Notes: a model not told the origin generated them from the letters alone. A stretch of 64,000 bases of DNA from Erythrobacteraceae bacterium (GCA_024642545.1 JAHEAW010000001.1:18117-82116); one strand, 5' to 3'. Positions 1 through 9,861 are shown, numbered from the stretch's first letter. Made by a program: numbers and translations.

Positions 1-1005
1 AGCGAAGCGCACCCATTCCTGTCCCCCAATGATGAATTTGCCAATTACGGCAAGGATGGGTGGGATATCGGCAATCTCACCATGAGCGCGGCCAAAACGC
101 CCGATATGCTGGCAGGCGAATATCTGCGCGAGGCGTTGAAACGCGGGCTGTCGATCGAGCAGCGGACCGGGGTCAACCCCTATCACTTCGGCATGATCGG
201 TTCGACCGATAGCCACACTGCGCTGTCGACCGCTGATGAGAACAATTTCTTTGGCAAGCATACCGGTAATGAACCGCGCAAGGAACGCGCCAATGATCCG
301 CAGAATCTGGGCACGCGAGAAGGGCGCTTCGGGTGGAATTACCTTGCCTCTGGCTATGCCGCTGTATGGGCGCGGGCCAATACGCGGGCGGAAATATTTG
401 ATGCGATGGCGCGGCGCGAAACTTATGCCACTACGGGTCCGCGGATGGTGGTACGCCTGTTTGGCGGGTTTGATTTTGCGCCCAATGTATTTTCAGGCGA
501 CTGGGTCCGGACAGGCTACACGAAAGGTGTGCCGATGGGCGGATCGCTGACGGATCGCGGCACAGCGCCGCATTTCGTGATTTCTGCGCTGAAAGATCCT
601 GAAGGTGCCAATCTCGACCGGGTGCAAGTGATCAAGGGCTGGGCTGGTGCAGACGGCACAACGCACGAGAAAATCTATAATGTCGCATGGAGCGATCCGG
701 GAGCGCGCAAGCTGGGCGCAGATGGCAAGTTGCCGCCGGTCGGCGATACGGTGGACAAGGCCCGTGCGACTTATACCAATACGATTGGCACAGCGGAACT
801 GCGCACTGTTTGGACTGACCCGGATTACCGTCCGGGTGAGAGTGCCTTTTACTATTTGCGTGTGCTCGAAATCCCCACCCCGCGCTGGCCGCTGTTTGAT
901 TCGGTGCGCTTTGGCACCGTGCTCAGCCCTGAAGCGCTGGCGAAGTCGGTTGCGCAGGAGCGTGCCTACACCTCACCTATCTGGATTGGGCCGGCACGGA
1001 AATGA
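1..1005 (+). CDS. DUF3604 family protein, C-terminal part (5' end lies outside the window)
   Basis: Frame 1 is open from base 1 (SEAHPFLSPNDEF...) into the listed ORF. Segments such as MIGSTDSHTALSTADENNFFGK and YTSPIW match my memory of DUF3604 (PHP-like) proteins. The stop TGA at 1003-1005 overlaps the next start (ATGA). Confidence 0.6.
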   Translation, partial: SEAHPFLSPNDEFANYGKDGWDIGNLTMSAAKTPDMLAGEYLREALKRGLSIEQRTGVNPYHFGMIGSTDSHTALSTADENNFFGKHTGNEPRKERANDPQNLGTREGRFGWNYLASGYAAVWARANTRAEIFDAMARRETYATTGPRMVVRLFGGFDFAPNVFSGDWVRTGYTKGVPMGGSLTDRGTAPHFVISALKDPEGANLDRVQVIKGWAGADGTTHEKIYNVAWSDPGARKLGADGKLPPVGDTVDKARATYTNTIGTAELRTVWTDPDYRPGESAFYYLRVLEIPTPRWPLFDSVRFGTVLSPEALAKSVAQERAYTSPIWIGPARK

Positions 1006-1808
1006 CTCTGGCGCGCTGGACGCGCGAACCGCTGGTTCATTTTCTGCTTGGCGGCGCGCTGCTGTTTGCCTTTTTTCTGTGGCAGGGGCAGCCCGCAGAC
1101 CCCGCAAGCCGCTCGATCAGCGTTACGCGTGAGGACCGCGCGGTGCTGGCCCTGCAATGGGAACAGACCATGCAGCGCCCACCGACTGATGCAGAGCTGG
1201 ACGGTATGGTAAAGGCCTATGTTCACGAGGAAATTCTCTACCGTGAGGCTCTTCGGCTGGGACTGGAACAAGACGATCCGGTGGTGCGCAAGCGGCTGGC
1301 CAACAAGATGGATTATCTGGCCTCCAGTATGGTTGAAACAGCCCCCGTCTCAGCCGCTACGCTGCAGGCGTGGTACACCAGCCATCCCCAGCGATTTGCA
1401 GACGATGTACGTTACAGTTTTGACCAGCGCTATTTTCAGCAGCGTTCCGCTGCTGAGCGGGCACTAAAGCAGATCGAGGCTGGCGGCGCGGTTCCCGCCG
1501 GGGAGCCGATTTCCCTGCCGCCGCGCTTTACTGCTACCAGCCGCCGCGAAGTCAGCGCGCGCATGGGATCGGCGTTTACAAGCACGCTCGATGGCCTGGC
1601 CGAGGGCACAGGATGGAGCGGCCCGGTGGCATCCGGTTTTGGCTGGCATCTGGTGAAATTAGGCAAGCGAACTACCAGCAAGGTTCCGCCTTTTGCCGCG
1701 ATCCGCGAACAGGTTGAGGCAGACTGGCGCGCCAGCACAGAAGATGCCCGCCGGGCGAGCGCTTATGCGCTGCTGCGCAGTTCCTACACGGTCCATGTCG
1801 CGCGGTGA
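1002..1808 (+). CDS. membrane-anchored parvulin-type peptidyl-prolyl isomerase-like protein
   Basis: N-terminal hydrophobic helix (LVHFLLGGALLFAFFLW). The C-terminal GWSGPVASGFGWHLVKL resembles the PpiC/parvulin rotamase motif. 4-nt overlaps with both neighbouring genes. Confidence 0.55.
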   Translation: MTLARWTREPLVHFLLGGALLFAFFLWQGQPADPASRSISVTREDRAVLALQWEQTMQRPPTDAELDGMVKAYVHEEILYREALRLGLEQDDPVVRKRLANKMDYLASSMVETAPVSAATLQAWYTSHPQRFADDVRYSFDQRYFQQRSAAERALKQIEAGGAVPAGEPISLPPRFTATSRREVSARMGSAFTSTLDGLAEGTGWSGPVASGFGWHLVKLGKRTTSKVPPFAAIREQVEADWRASTEDARRASAYALLRSSYTVHVAR

Positions 1809-2818
1809 ACTGGCTGGTTATCTTGCTCGCAGCCATGCTGCTCTGGCCGAGTTCGGTTCGGGCAGACGAACTGCGTCCCGGATATCTTGAATTCACCGAA
1901 ATGCGCCGTGATGGCGCAGACGGGGTGTGGCACAGCGCGTGGAAGCTCCCGCTGGCAGCGCCGCCAGTGGAAATGCCCGCGCCGCCCCAGCTTCCCGCCA
2001 ATTGTCATTTTGCAGGAACGGTGCGGCAAGGCACTACGGGCAGCGCGCTGGTCGGCAACGCCACTGCGATTTGCCGTGGGCCGGTTGGCGGCGGAACCAT
2101 CGCCATGCCCGACTTGTCTGGCCCGGGCGATATGCTGGTTCGCATTCAGACGCTGGACCAACCGGTTCAGGCGCTCAGGCTGACGGCCACCAGCCCGTCC
2201 GCGCAAATTGCCGCCCGGCCGGGGACCATGCAGCTATGGCGCAGCTATTTCGTTCTGGGTGTGGGCCACATACTGACTGGCTGGGACCACCTGCTGTTCG
2301 TGATAGCGCTAGTGTTGCTGCTGCGCCGCTGGCGAGCAGTGGCTGTGGCTGCGACTGCTTTCACCGTGGCCCATTCGCTCACTCTTGGCGGCGCCGCGCT
2401 TGGGTTTCTGGCAATGCCGCAGCGGCCTGTCGAAGCACTTATCGCACTGTCGATCGTCTTTCTGGCAGTTGAGATCACCCGCCTTCCCGGAGCTGATTAC
2501 AGACCCAGTCTGACCGCTCGGTTCCCATGGGTGATCGCATTTCTGTTCGGGCTGGTCCACGGCTTCGGCTTCGCTGGCGCGCTGGCGCAAATTGGCTTGC
2601 CGCAAGGCGATATTGTGGCTGCGCTTCTGTCCTTCAATCTGGGCGTGGAAGCGGGGCAATTGCTTGTCATTGCGGCAGTTCTTGCGGCGCTGGCCGCACT
2701 TGCGCGGAATAGGTTTGACTTGCTGGGCCGTCCGGTCATCGAACCTGCGGTTACATTGGCGACCTATGCGATCGGCATCACGGCATCCTATTGGCTGATC
2801 GGCCGAGTGATCGCCTGA
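1805..2818 (+). CDS. HupE/UreJ family membrane protein with an N-terminal periplasmic domain
   Basis: GTG start overlaps the upstream stop. Signal peptide MNWLVILLAAMLLWPSSVRA. C-terminal half has multiple TM helices with GxxH motifs (GVGHILTGWDHLLF, FGLVHGFGFA) typical of HupE/UreJ. Confidence 0.6.
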   Translation: MNWLVILLAAMLLWPSSVRADELRPGYLEFTEMRRDGADGVWHSAWKLPLAAPPVEMPAPPQLPANCHFAGTVRQGTTGSALVGNATAICRGPVGGGTIAMPDLSGPGDMLVRIQTLDQPVQALRLTATSPSAQIAARPGTMQLWRSYFVLGVGHILTGWDHLLFVIALVLLLRRWRAVAVAATAFTVAHSLTLGGAALGFLAMPQRPVEALIALSIVFLAVEITRLPGADYRPSLTARFPWVIAFLFGLVHGFGFAGALAQIGLPQGDIVAALLSFNLGVEAGQLLVIAAVLAALAALARNRFDLLGRPVIEPAVTLATYAIGITASYWLIGRVIA

Positions 2819-4218
2819 TCGCCGCCAAGCGCTTGCCACAAAAGGACCCGCGCGCGCGCCGCCTGACCGCGCGCGATTGCCGCTTGTTCGCCCGATGCAT
2901 CAGCCGTTCGCCGCGCGTCGAGCACGGTCAGGAAATTGGACAGGCCAGCACGGTAGCGCACATCAGCCAGATTCGCAGCGCGGGCGGTTTGATCGCTTTG
3001 GCGCTGTGCTGCGGCAAGCGCGCGATCGGCTGCTTCGACGCTGCCATAAGCGGTTTCCGCATCACCAAGCGCGGCGAATACAACGCCGCGATAAGCGGCA
3101 AAGGCAGCACGTTTGTTCGCCTCGCCTGTTTTTATTTCCGCCTCGATCCGTCCAAAATCAAGCAGCGGCCCAAGTAGTGACCCGCTGGCCGATCCGACCA
3201 GTGCGTTGCTAGTGAAGAGATCGCTCAGATTATAAGTCAGCAGGCCGATTGCCGCTGACAGGTTCAGCTTGGGGAAACGCTGGGCCGCTGCCGCAAACAG
3301 ATCCGCGTCACTGGCGGCGAGCCGGCTGGCGGCCGCTTGCACATCGGGGCGGTTAGTCAGCAGCTGTGACGGCAAACTTTGCGGAGCGGGCGCAAGCGGC
3401 GCTCGGGCCGGCGCTTGCGCCAGAATTGCGCGAACGACTTGCGCCGATTGGCCGGTCAGCGTGACCAGCCGCCCAACCACCTGAGCGCGTAACCCCGGAA
3501 GGGCAGCCAGCCGCGTGCGGCTTGCTTCGGCGGCAGCTTCAGCCCGGACCTGGTCGAAACCCGGCGCGATCCCGGCACGTTCGCGTATTTCGGCCAGAGT
3601 GACCAGAGATTCGGCTGCAACAAGGTCGCTGCGCAAGGCTGCATCACGCTGATCCAGCGTACGCCAGTCGATCACGCTGCCCGCAATTTCTGCGGTCAGT
3701 GCCAAGCGTACAGCCGCAGCGTCTGCACTGGCTGCATCGAGCCGGTCCAGCGCAGCACGCTCGCGCTGGCGCAGCTGGCCAAACAAATCCGCATCCCAAT
3801 TGGCGGTCAGGTTTGCGCCATAGCTGAGCCGCTGCGTATCAATCGCGATGCCCGGCGGCAGGTTGGCAGCAAATTGCGCTGGATTGGTGCGTGTGCCAAG
3901 CACTGTGGCAGTGGCTCCGATGCTCGGCAGACGGTCAGCGCCTGCACGGTCCGCACTGGCGCGCGCTGCATCGATCCGGGCCATGGCCTGAGCCAGTGTG
4001 GGGGCATCGCTTTGCGCTTTGACCGCCAGTTTGGTAAAGGCTGAGTCGACCGCGGGCAGCAGTGCGGCCAGTTCAGCCGATGTCGCTGCGGGCGGGGCAT
4101 AAGCGAAGGAGTCTGGCAATGCCGGCGGCGCCGTGTCGATTTTGGCCGGCGGCCCGGCCACGCAAGCGGACAGCGCCATCGGCGCGCAGCAGGCCCACAA
4201 GCGGCGGCTACGAATCAT
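2788..4218 (-). CDS. efflux outer-membrane factor lipoprotein (TolC/NodT family)
   Basis: Lipobox LSAC near the N-terminus. Long Ala-rich two-repeat OMF-like sequence. The start overlaps the stop of the upstream HlyD gene by 4 nt. Confidence 0.75.
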   Translation of the reverse strand: MIRSRRLWACCAPMALSACVAGPPAKIDTAPPALPDSFAYAPPAATSAELAALLPAVDSAFTKLAVKAQSDAPTLAQAMARIDAARASADRAGADRLPSIGATATVLGTRTNPAQFAANLPPGIAIDTQRLSYGANLTANWDADLFGQLRQRERAALDRLDAASADAAAVRLALTAEIAGSVIDWRTLDQRDAALRSDLVAAESLVTLAEIRERAGIAPGFDQVRAEAAAEASRTRLAALPGLRAQVVGRLVTLTGQSAQVVRAILAQAPARAPLAPAPQSLPSQLLTNRPDVQAAASRLAASDADLFAAAAQRFPKLNLSAAIGLLTYNLSDLFTSNALVGSASGSLLGPLLDFGRIEAEIKTGEANKRAAFAAYRGVVFAALGDAETAYGSVEAADRALAAAQRQSDQTARAANLADVRYRAGLSNFLTVLDARRTADASGEQAAIARGQAARARVLLWQALGGDQAITRPISQ

Positions 4219-5234
4219 TGACCGGACTCCGCCTGCTGGTGGGTTACACGCGCCTTGGCTGGCCGCGCGGGAATGAAGGCATCAATCAGCTGGCCGACGC
4301 GGAAATCATCGGACGGCGGCAATCTATAAAGCACTTGCAGCACCCGCACATCGACCCGCTCAGCAGCGGTGTTGGTCAGCGATTTCTTGGGGACCACCAA
4401 AGGTTCGGCGCGAACAAAGGCGGCGCTCACTTGCCGGTCAGCCGCGCCGCGCGGGCTGACCATCGCTGCTTTGCCAAGATCGACCCGCGGCGCTTCATCC
4501 TCGTCAATATCGACCCGAACATAGAGTGGGCGCGTTTGGCCCATCTGGATATAGGGGATTGCGCTGCTGCCTTGTGGACCGCCCGCCTGCACAAATTCGC
4601 CCGGGTGGATATTGACCGCCAGGATTTCACCGCTGATCGGCGCCTTTACGGTAAGCCGGACCAAATCAGTCTGTGCGGCACCGGCGCTGGCCTGCGCAGC
4701 CTGCAATTGCGCGCGGGCCAAACCCAACCGGGTCTGCGCAGCAGCGGCATCGCCCTGCGCCTTGATCACTTCGGCGCGGCTTACCGCAGCGGCATCTTCC
4801 ACTTGTTGATATAGCGCGAGCTGCCCAATGGCAGTGGCGCTGGCGCTGGTCGCTTCGGCAATCGTGGCGCGCGCTTGGGCAATCTCGGCATTGGCTACGC
4901 TCAGACGGGCGCGATAAGCGCGCTCATCAACCTGAAACAAAGGAGTGCCCTTGGTGACGTAATCGCCCGGCTTGACCGCCACCTGACTGACAAGACCGGA
5001 AATTGCGGTACCGATATCGATCGTTTCGCTCGAAGGTTCGACCACACCGGACCCTGCGACGCGCGGTGCATCGGCCAGCGCGCCGGTTGGTCTGGCAGGC
5101 AGATCAGCGGGCGTCTGGGTTGACCGGTCGGGCTGGCCCCGGACGATCAGAAAGATCGCAAACAGCAGGCCGATTACTGCGACAACCGGCAGAATGGTGC
5201 GCGCGAAACTCTTGTCTTTTGGGGGCTGCGACAT
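4215..5234 (-). CDS. HlyD-family periplasmic adaptor (membrane fusion protein)
   Basis: N-terminal TM anchor, coiled-coil Ala/Gln-rich middle and beta-barrel-like C-terminus typical of HlyD/MacA adaptors. Lies between the ABC ATPase and OMF genes. Confidence 0.75.
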   Translation of the reverse strand: MSQPPKDKSFARTILPVVAVIGLLFAIFLIVRGQPDRSTQTPADLPARPTGALADAPRVAGSGVVEPSSETIDIGTAISGLVSQVAVKPGDYVTKGTPLFQVDERAYRARLSVANAEIAQARATIAEATSASATAIGQLALYQQVEDAAAVSRAEVIKAQGDAAAAQTRLGLARAQLQAAQASAGAAQTDLVRLTVKAPISGEILAVNIHPGEFVQAGGPQGSSAIPYIQMGQTRPLYVRVDIDEDEAPRVDLGKAAMVSPRGAADRQVSAAFVRAEPLVVPKKSLTNTAAERVDVRVLQVLYRLPPSDDFRVGQLIDAFIPARPAKARVTHQQAESGQ

Positions 5235-5236
5235 GG

Positions 5237-5950
5237 TTAGTGGTCCTCTGGTACGTCTTTGCCATCATGCGTAATTCTGCCATCCTCCAGCACGAGGATG
5301 CGGTCGGCGAGATCAAAAATGCGGTTGTCATGCGTGACGATAATAACGGAGCGGCCTTCTGCCATGCCGACTTCGCGCAGCAGGTCCATGACCCGGCGGC
5401 CTGACCGGGCGTCAAGCGCCGCGGTCGGTTCGTCGCACACCACCAGGCGCGGCCGATGGACCAGTGCCCGGGCAATCGCGACGCGTTGCTGCTGGCCGCC
5501 CGATAACTGGTTGGGCAGCTTGTCCGCCTGATCAAGGATGTTGAGTTTATCCAGCATCGCGCAAGCCTGCGCGCGCGCTTCGTGCAATTTCATGCCCCGC
5601 GCGATGAGCGGGACAGCTGCGTTGGACGCAGCATCAATCGAAGGGATGAGGTTATATTGCTGAAAAATGAAGCCGATATTCTCCAGCCGGAAGTCGACCA
5701 GTTCGGTGTCGGTCAGGCTGTAAATATCGGTCCCAAAAACTTCGACATCGCCTTCGGTCGGCCACAGGATGCCCGCGATAATCGAGATCAGCGTGGTTTT
5801 GCCTGATCCGGATTCGCCCACCAGATATGTCAGCTCTCCGCTGCGGATATCGACGCTGATATCGTGCAGCACGCGCAGCGTTTGTTCACCCGCCATGAAA
5901 TCCCGGCAGACCCCATGGATACGGATTGCGGGGGAATTTTCTCCGCTCAT
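5237..5950 (-). CDS. ABC transporter ATP-binding protein (MacB/DevA/LolD-like)
   Basis: Walker A GESGSGKT, signature LSGGQQQR, Walker B LVVCDEPT. Start trimmed to the ATG of MSGENSPAIRIHG, which overlaps the permease stop (ATGA). Confidence 0.85.
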   Translation of the reverse strand: MSGENSPAIRIHGVCRDFMAGEQTLRVLHDISVDIRSGELTYLVGESGSGKTTLISIIAGILWPTEGDVEVFGTDIYSLTDTELVDFRLENIGFIFQQYNLIPSIDAASNAAVPLIARGMKLHEARAQACAMLDKLNILDQADKLPNQLSGGQQQRVAIARALVHRPRLVVCDEPTAALDARSGRRVMDLLREVGMAEGRSVIIVTHDNRIFDLADRILVLEDGRITHDGKDVPEDH

Positions 5951-7080
5951 CGGAACACCGCCGCGGGTTCGGTCTTGAGAACATTGCGCAGGCCGAGCCA
6001 ACCTGTCAGCGTGATGATCGCGGTTACTGCAACCAGCGAAAACAGCGGGATTTGCCAGGGGCTGTAAAAACCTTTGAACGTCGGATTGGCGCTGAACGCC
6101 CAGATGAACAAAGCTGCGCCAAGCACACCCAGCGAAAAGCCGATGAAACCGACAAACAGAGCCTGTATTGCCACCATATTGCGGATCTTGCTGTTACGGA
6201 CACCAATCGCCTTCAGGGCACCGAATTGCTTGATATTGTCACGGATGAACAGGCTGAACGTCAGGCCGACAATCGCCACACCGACAATGAAGCCGAGCAT
6301 GACAGTGATCCCGAAATTGAATGGGATGCCAGTGTTCTTGATGATGAAATCGATCCCGTCGCGTGCAAATTCATCCTTGGTTCGTGCCCGCAGGCCGGTT
6401 TGCTGTTCGATCTTGCGGGCCAGCTTGACCGGTTCCACTCCGGGCTGGGCCCGCACCAGGACAAAACTCATCCGGTTGCGGGTGCCCGGCACATAATTCA
6501 ACGCGCGGCTGTAACGGGCATAGAGCGAAACCTGACTGGTGAAGCTGGGCAGCGCATCAACCACTCCGCGAATAACCGCGCGCTGATCGTTCATTTCCAC
6601 TTCCTGCCCAATGGGATCGATACCCTTGTACATGCGCGCAGCACCGACATCGTCGATCAGCACCGCATCAGGATCAGCCAGCGCCTTGCGGTCGCCTTCC
6701 TTCATGTGGCGGGGGAGGCCGATCAGTGTAGTATCGTCGACGCCGATCACAGCGACCCCTTCGAGGTTGCCCTGTCGGGTGCGAACGGAGGCCGCTGCGC
6801 GCATGTGCGGTACAGCCCACTCCACGCCTTCCACCGATCGTACTGTATCCAGCGCAGTCGATGGCATCGGATAATTGATGTCAGTAGTGCGAGAGGCCTT
6901 GTCCATCACCCAAATATCGGCCGCCGGGATATTATAAACGGCGCTGGCGCCGCGCTGGATCAAATTTGCAAAAATGGTCAGCTGCTGCGTGATCAGCAAA
7001 GTCGAAAAGGCGATCCCGAACACCAGGCCGAAAAACTTCTGCCGGTCGCCGGTCAGCATACGGATGGCGATCCAGTTCAT
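5947..7080 (-). CDS. ABC transporter permease, FtsX/DevC-like
   Basis: 377 aa. N-terminal TM helix, large periplasmic loop, then three C-terminal TM helices (FtsX-like topology). First gene of the four-gene efflux operon. Confidence 0.7.
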   Translation of the reverse strand: MNWIAIRMLTGDRQKFFGLVFGIAFSTLLITQQLTIFANLIQRGASAVYNIPAADIWVMDKASRTTDINYPMPSTALDTVRSVEGVEWAVPHMRAAASVRTRQGNLEGVAVIGVDDTTLIGLPRHMKEGDRKALADPDAVLIDDVGAARMYKGIDPIGQEVEMNDQRAVIRGVVDALPSFTSQVSLYARYSRALNYVPGTRNRMSFVLVRAQPGVEPVKLARKIEQQTGLRARTKDEFARDGIDFIIKNTGIPFNFGITVMLGFIVGVAIVGLTFSLFIRDNIKQFGALKAIGVRNSKIRNMVAIQALFVGFIGFSLGVLGAALFIWAFSANPTFKGFYSPWQIPLFSLVAVTAIITLTGWLGLRNVLKTEPAAVFR

Positions 7081-7135
7081 TGGGCGACCTCTTGAATCTG
7101 GCAGGGTTGAAAAAAATGCACTTACGGCGCATTAC

Positions 7136-7169
7136 TGAACGCTATCGTTTAAATGAACGGAGTCGTTCA
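7136..7169. promoter_or_regulatory. two adjacent inverted repeats, TGAACG-CTAT-CGTTTA and TGAACG-GAGT-CGTTCA; candidate TetR operator
   Basis: Read directly from the sequence. The second site is a perfect 6+4+6 palindrome ending 2 nt before the TTG start of the TetR gene and contains its GGAG. The first site has one mismatch. Both lie in the divergent efflux/TetR intergenic region. Confidence 0.4.
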
Positions 7170-7171
7170 CT

Positions 7172-7828
7172 TTGTCAACTGCGGTTGAATCAGATGCTTC
7201 AGGGCGCAAAATCGGGCGGCCGGCTGATCTCGGCAAGCGCGACGCAATTATTGCTGCAGCGAGCGATTCGTTCTTCGATATCGGTTATGAAGCCAGTTCG
7301 ATCGAACAGATTGCATCACAGGCTGGCGTTTCGAAGGTCACCGTTTACAACCATTTTGGCGACAAGCGCAGCTTGCTGGCAGCAGCGGTCGAACGTGAAT
7401 GCGCAAAGATGCGCGATTATTTCTCCATCGGCGCGACCGGTCAGGGCAGTCTGCGTGAGCGGCTCACGCTGATCGGCGAATCGATGACTGCCTTCCTCTC
7501 GCAGCCGAAAATGGTCCAGTTTGAGCGGCGCATCGCCGCTGAAACTGCACAGGACCCCGAGATCGGGTTGGCCTTTCTTGCGGCTGGCCCGCACCGCATG
7601 CGGCACGCCTTTTCGACTTTTCTGGCCGCATTGGCAGCGACCGGGGAACTGCACATTGACGACCCGGAACTGGCAACCGAGCAATTTGTCGGCATGTGCA
7701 AAGGTATGAGCGATGTTGACCGCCGCTTTGGCCATCCGGTCGATCCTGTGCGCGACAAGCAGCGAATTGACGCCGCGGTGGACGTATTCCTGCGTGCTTA
7801 TGGTGCCGCGCCCAAGGTAGCAGAATGA
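7172..7828 (+). CDS. TetR/AcrR family transcriptional regulator
   Basis: N-terminal HTH IEQIASQAGVSKVTVYNHFGDK. Size (218 aa) and position divergent from an efflux operon fit. TTG start. Confidence 0.85.
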   Translation: MSTAVESDASGRKIGRPADLGKRDAIIAAASDSFFDIGYEASSIEQIASQAGVSKVTVYNHFGDKRSLLAAAVERECAKMRDYFSIGATGQGSLRERLTLIGESMTAFLSQPKMVQFERRIAAETAQDPEIGLAFLAAGPHRMRHAFSTFLAALAATGELHIDDPELATEQFVGMCKGMSDVDRRFGHPVDPVRDKQRIDAAVDVFLRAYGAAPKVAE

Positions 7829-7897
7829 TCCGCCACGTTAGCTTGTCATTCACCTTGCTGCTACCATATTGGCTGAGATGAAAGGACAGTTGCGCCG

Positions 7898-9844
7898 ATG
7901 AATGATGACAAGGAACCACAAACCCCCAATCCATGGATGAAGAGTCTGCTGGTATGGGGCGGAATTTTCCTCGCATTGCTGATGGTTGTCAGCCTGTTCG
8001 GCAACGCGGCGCAACCATCGGGCACCGAGATTGGCTATTCCACGTTCCGCAACAAGGTTGCTGAAGGCAGCGTGCAAAAAGTGCAGATATCGCAGGATGC
8101 GATTTCCGGCGTGATGAAGAATGGCGACAAGTTCACCACCACGCCCATTCCCGGTGACACACAACTGACCAAATTGCTCGACCAGCAAGGCGTCGAATAT
8201 TCGGGCACTGCGCCTGAACGCATGAACATGCTGCTTTATCTCCTGATGCAGTCGCTTCCGTTTGTCATCATTTTCGGTATTGCCTTTTTTGCCCTGCGCC
8301 AGGTCCAGAAGGGCGGCGGCGGCGGCGCGATGGGTTTTGGCAAATCCAAGGCCAAGATGCTGACCGAGAAGCAGGGCCGGGTGACATTTGCGGATGTTGC
8401 CGGGATCGATGAAGCGCGCGAAGAGCTGGAGGAAATCGTCGAATTTCTGCGCGACCCGCACCGTTTTTCCAAACTCGGCGGGCAAATCCCCAAGGGCGCG
8501 TTGTTGGTCGGCTCCCCCGGTACTGGCAAGACCTTGCTTGCCCGCGCGATTGCTGGAGAAGCGGGCGTCCCCTTCTTCACCATTTCGGGCTCCGATTTTG
8601 TCGAAATGTTCGTGGGCGTCGGCGCAAGCCGGGTGCGCGACATGTTCGAACAAGCCAAGAAAAATGCGCCGTGCATTGTCTTCATCGATGAAATTGACGC
8701 AGTCGGCCGTCACCGCGGCCACGGCCTCGGCAATTCCAACGATGAACGCGAACAGACGCTTAACCAGCTGCTGGTGGAGATGGACGGGTTCGAAGCCAAT
8801 GAAGGCATCATCATCATCGCGGCCACCAACCGCCCCGATGTGCTGGACCCGGCCCTGCTCCGCCCGGGCCGGTTTGACCGGCAAGTGGTGGTGCCAGTGC
8901 CCGATATCGAAGGGCGCGAAAAAATTCTCGCCGTCCATATGAAGAAAGTGCCGCTGGCACCCGACGTTAATCCGCGCACTCTGGCGCGCGGCACGCCGGG
9001 CTTCTCAGGTGCTGATCTGGCCAATCTGGTCAATGAGGCGGCATTGCTGGCAGCGCGCCGTAACAAACGGCTCGTCGCGATGCAGGAATTTGAAGACGCC
9101 AAGGACAAGGTCATGATGGGCACCGAACGGCGTTCCATGGTCATGACTGACGATGAAAAGAAGATGACTGCCTATCACGAGGCGGGCCATGCGCTGGTGT
9201 CAATTAACGAACCGGCGTCAGACCCGATCCACAAGGCGACGATCATCCCGCGCGGCCGCGCATTGGGCATGGTGATGCGCTTGCCTGAACGGGACAATTA
9301 TTCCTACCACCGCGACAAGATGCATGCCGATCTGGCGGTTTCGATGGGCGGGCGCGTGGCGGAAGAGATTATCTTCGGCCATGACAAAGTCAGTTCAGGC
9401 GCCAGTTCCGACATCCAATATGCCACTAGTCTGGCGCGCAACATGGTCACCAAATGGGGTATGTCGGACAAGCTTGGACCGCTCCAGTATGAAGAAAGCC
9501 AGGAAGGCTATCTCGGTATGGGCCAGACTGCGCGCACTATGGGGTCAGGCGATACCAACAAGCTGATCGATGCTGAAATCCGCACCTTGGTCGAAGGTGC
9601 GCACAAGCGTGCGACTGATATCCTGACTAAGCAGCAGGACAAGCTCCATCTGATCGCGCAGGCAATGCTCGAATATGAAACGCTGACCGGCGATGAAATC
9701 CAGCAACTGATGGACAGCGGGACGATTGACCGGCCGGATGAGCCCAAGGGACCGGTGGTGGTCAAGCCAACGCATGGTTCAGCCATTCCCAAGGCCGGAC
9801 GTAAGTTTGGCGGATCGGGCGATGCTGCACCGCAGGGGGCGTAA
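7898..9844 (+). CDS. ftsH: ATP-dependent zinc metalloprotease FtsH
   Basis: Walker [12 protein letters not shown] region and zinc motif HEAGHA. Two N-terminal TM helices. 648 aa. Confidence 0.97.
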   Translation: MNDDKEPQTPNPWMKSLLVWGGIFLALLMVVSLFGNAAQPSGTEIGYSTFRNKVAEGSVQKVQISQDAISGVMKNGDKFTTTPIPGDTQLTKLLDQQGVEYSGTAPERMNMLLYLLMQSLPFVIIFGIAFFALRQVQKGGGGGAMGFGKSKAKMLTEKQGRVTFADVAGIDEAREELEEIVEFLRDPHRFSKLGGQIPKGALLVGSPGTGKTLLARAIAGEAGVPFFTISGSDFVEMFVGVGASRVRDMFEQAKKNAPCIVFIDEIDAVGRHRGHGLGNSNDEREQTLNQLLVEMDGFEANEGIIIIAATNRPDVLDPALLRPGRFDRQVVVPVPDIEGREKILAVHMKKVPLAPDVNPRTLARGTPGFSGADLANLVNEAALLAARRNKRLVAMQEFEDAKDKVMMGTERRSMVMTDDEKKMTAYHEAGHALVSINEPASDPIHKATIIPRGRALGMVMRLPERDNYSYHRDKMHADLAVSMGGRVAEEIIFGHDKVSSGASSDIQYATSLARNMVTKWGMSDKLGPLQYEESQEGYLGMGQTARTMGSGDTNKLIDAEIRTLVEGAHKRATDILTKQQDKLHLIAQAMLEYETLTGDEIQQLMDSGTIDRPDEPKGPVVVKPTHGSAIPKAGRKFGGSGDAAPQGA

Positions 9845-9861
9845 CCAGCCCCTTGTGTCTG

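Noticed and set aside
5926-7095. 389-aa plus-strand ORF antisense to the ABC permease and ATPase genes. Similar long antisense ORFs occur at 7850-8938 (opposite ftsH), 10968-11939 (opposite the ParA gene), 20603-21232 (opposite galE), 26517-27617, 58383-59399 and 58966-60045 (opposite ruvB).
   Set aside because: Each lies opposite a gene with unmistakable conserved motifs. Their products are Arg/Ala/Gly/His-rich, with no recognisable domains. Long open antisense frames are expected in high-GC DNA.
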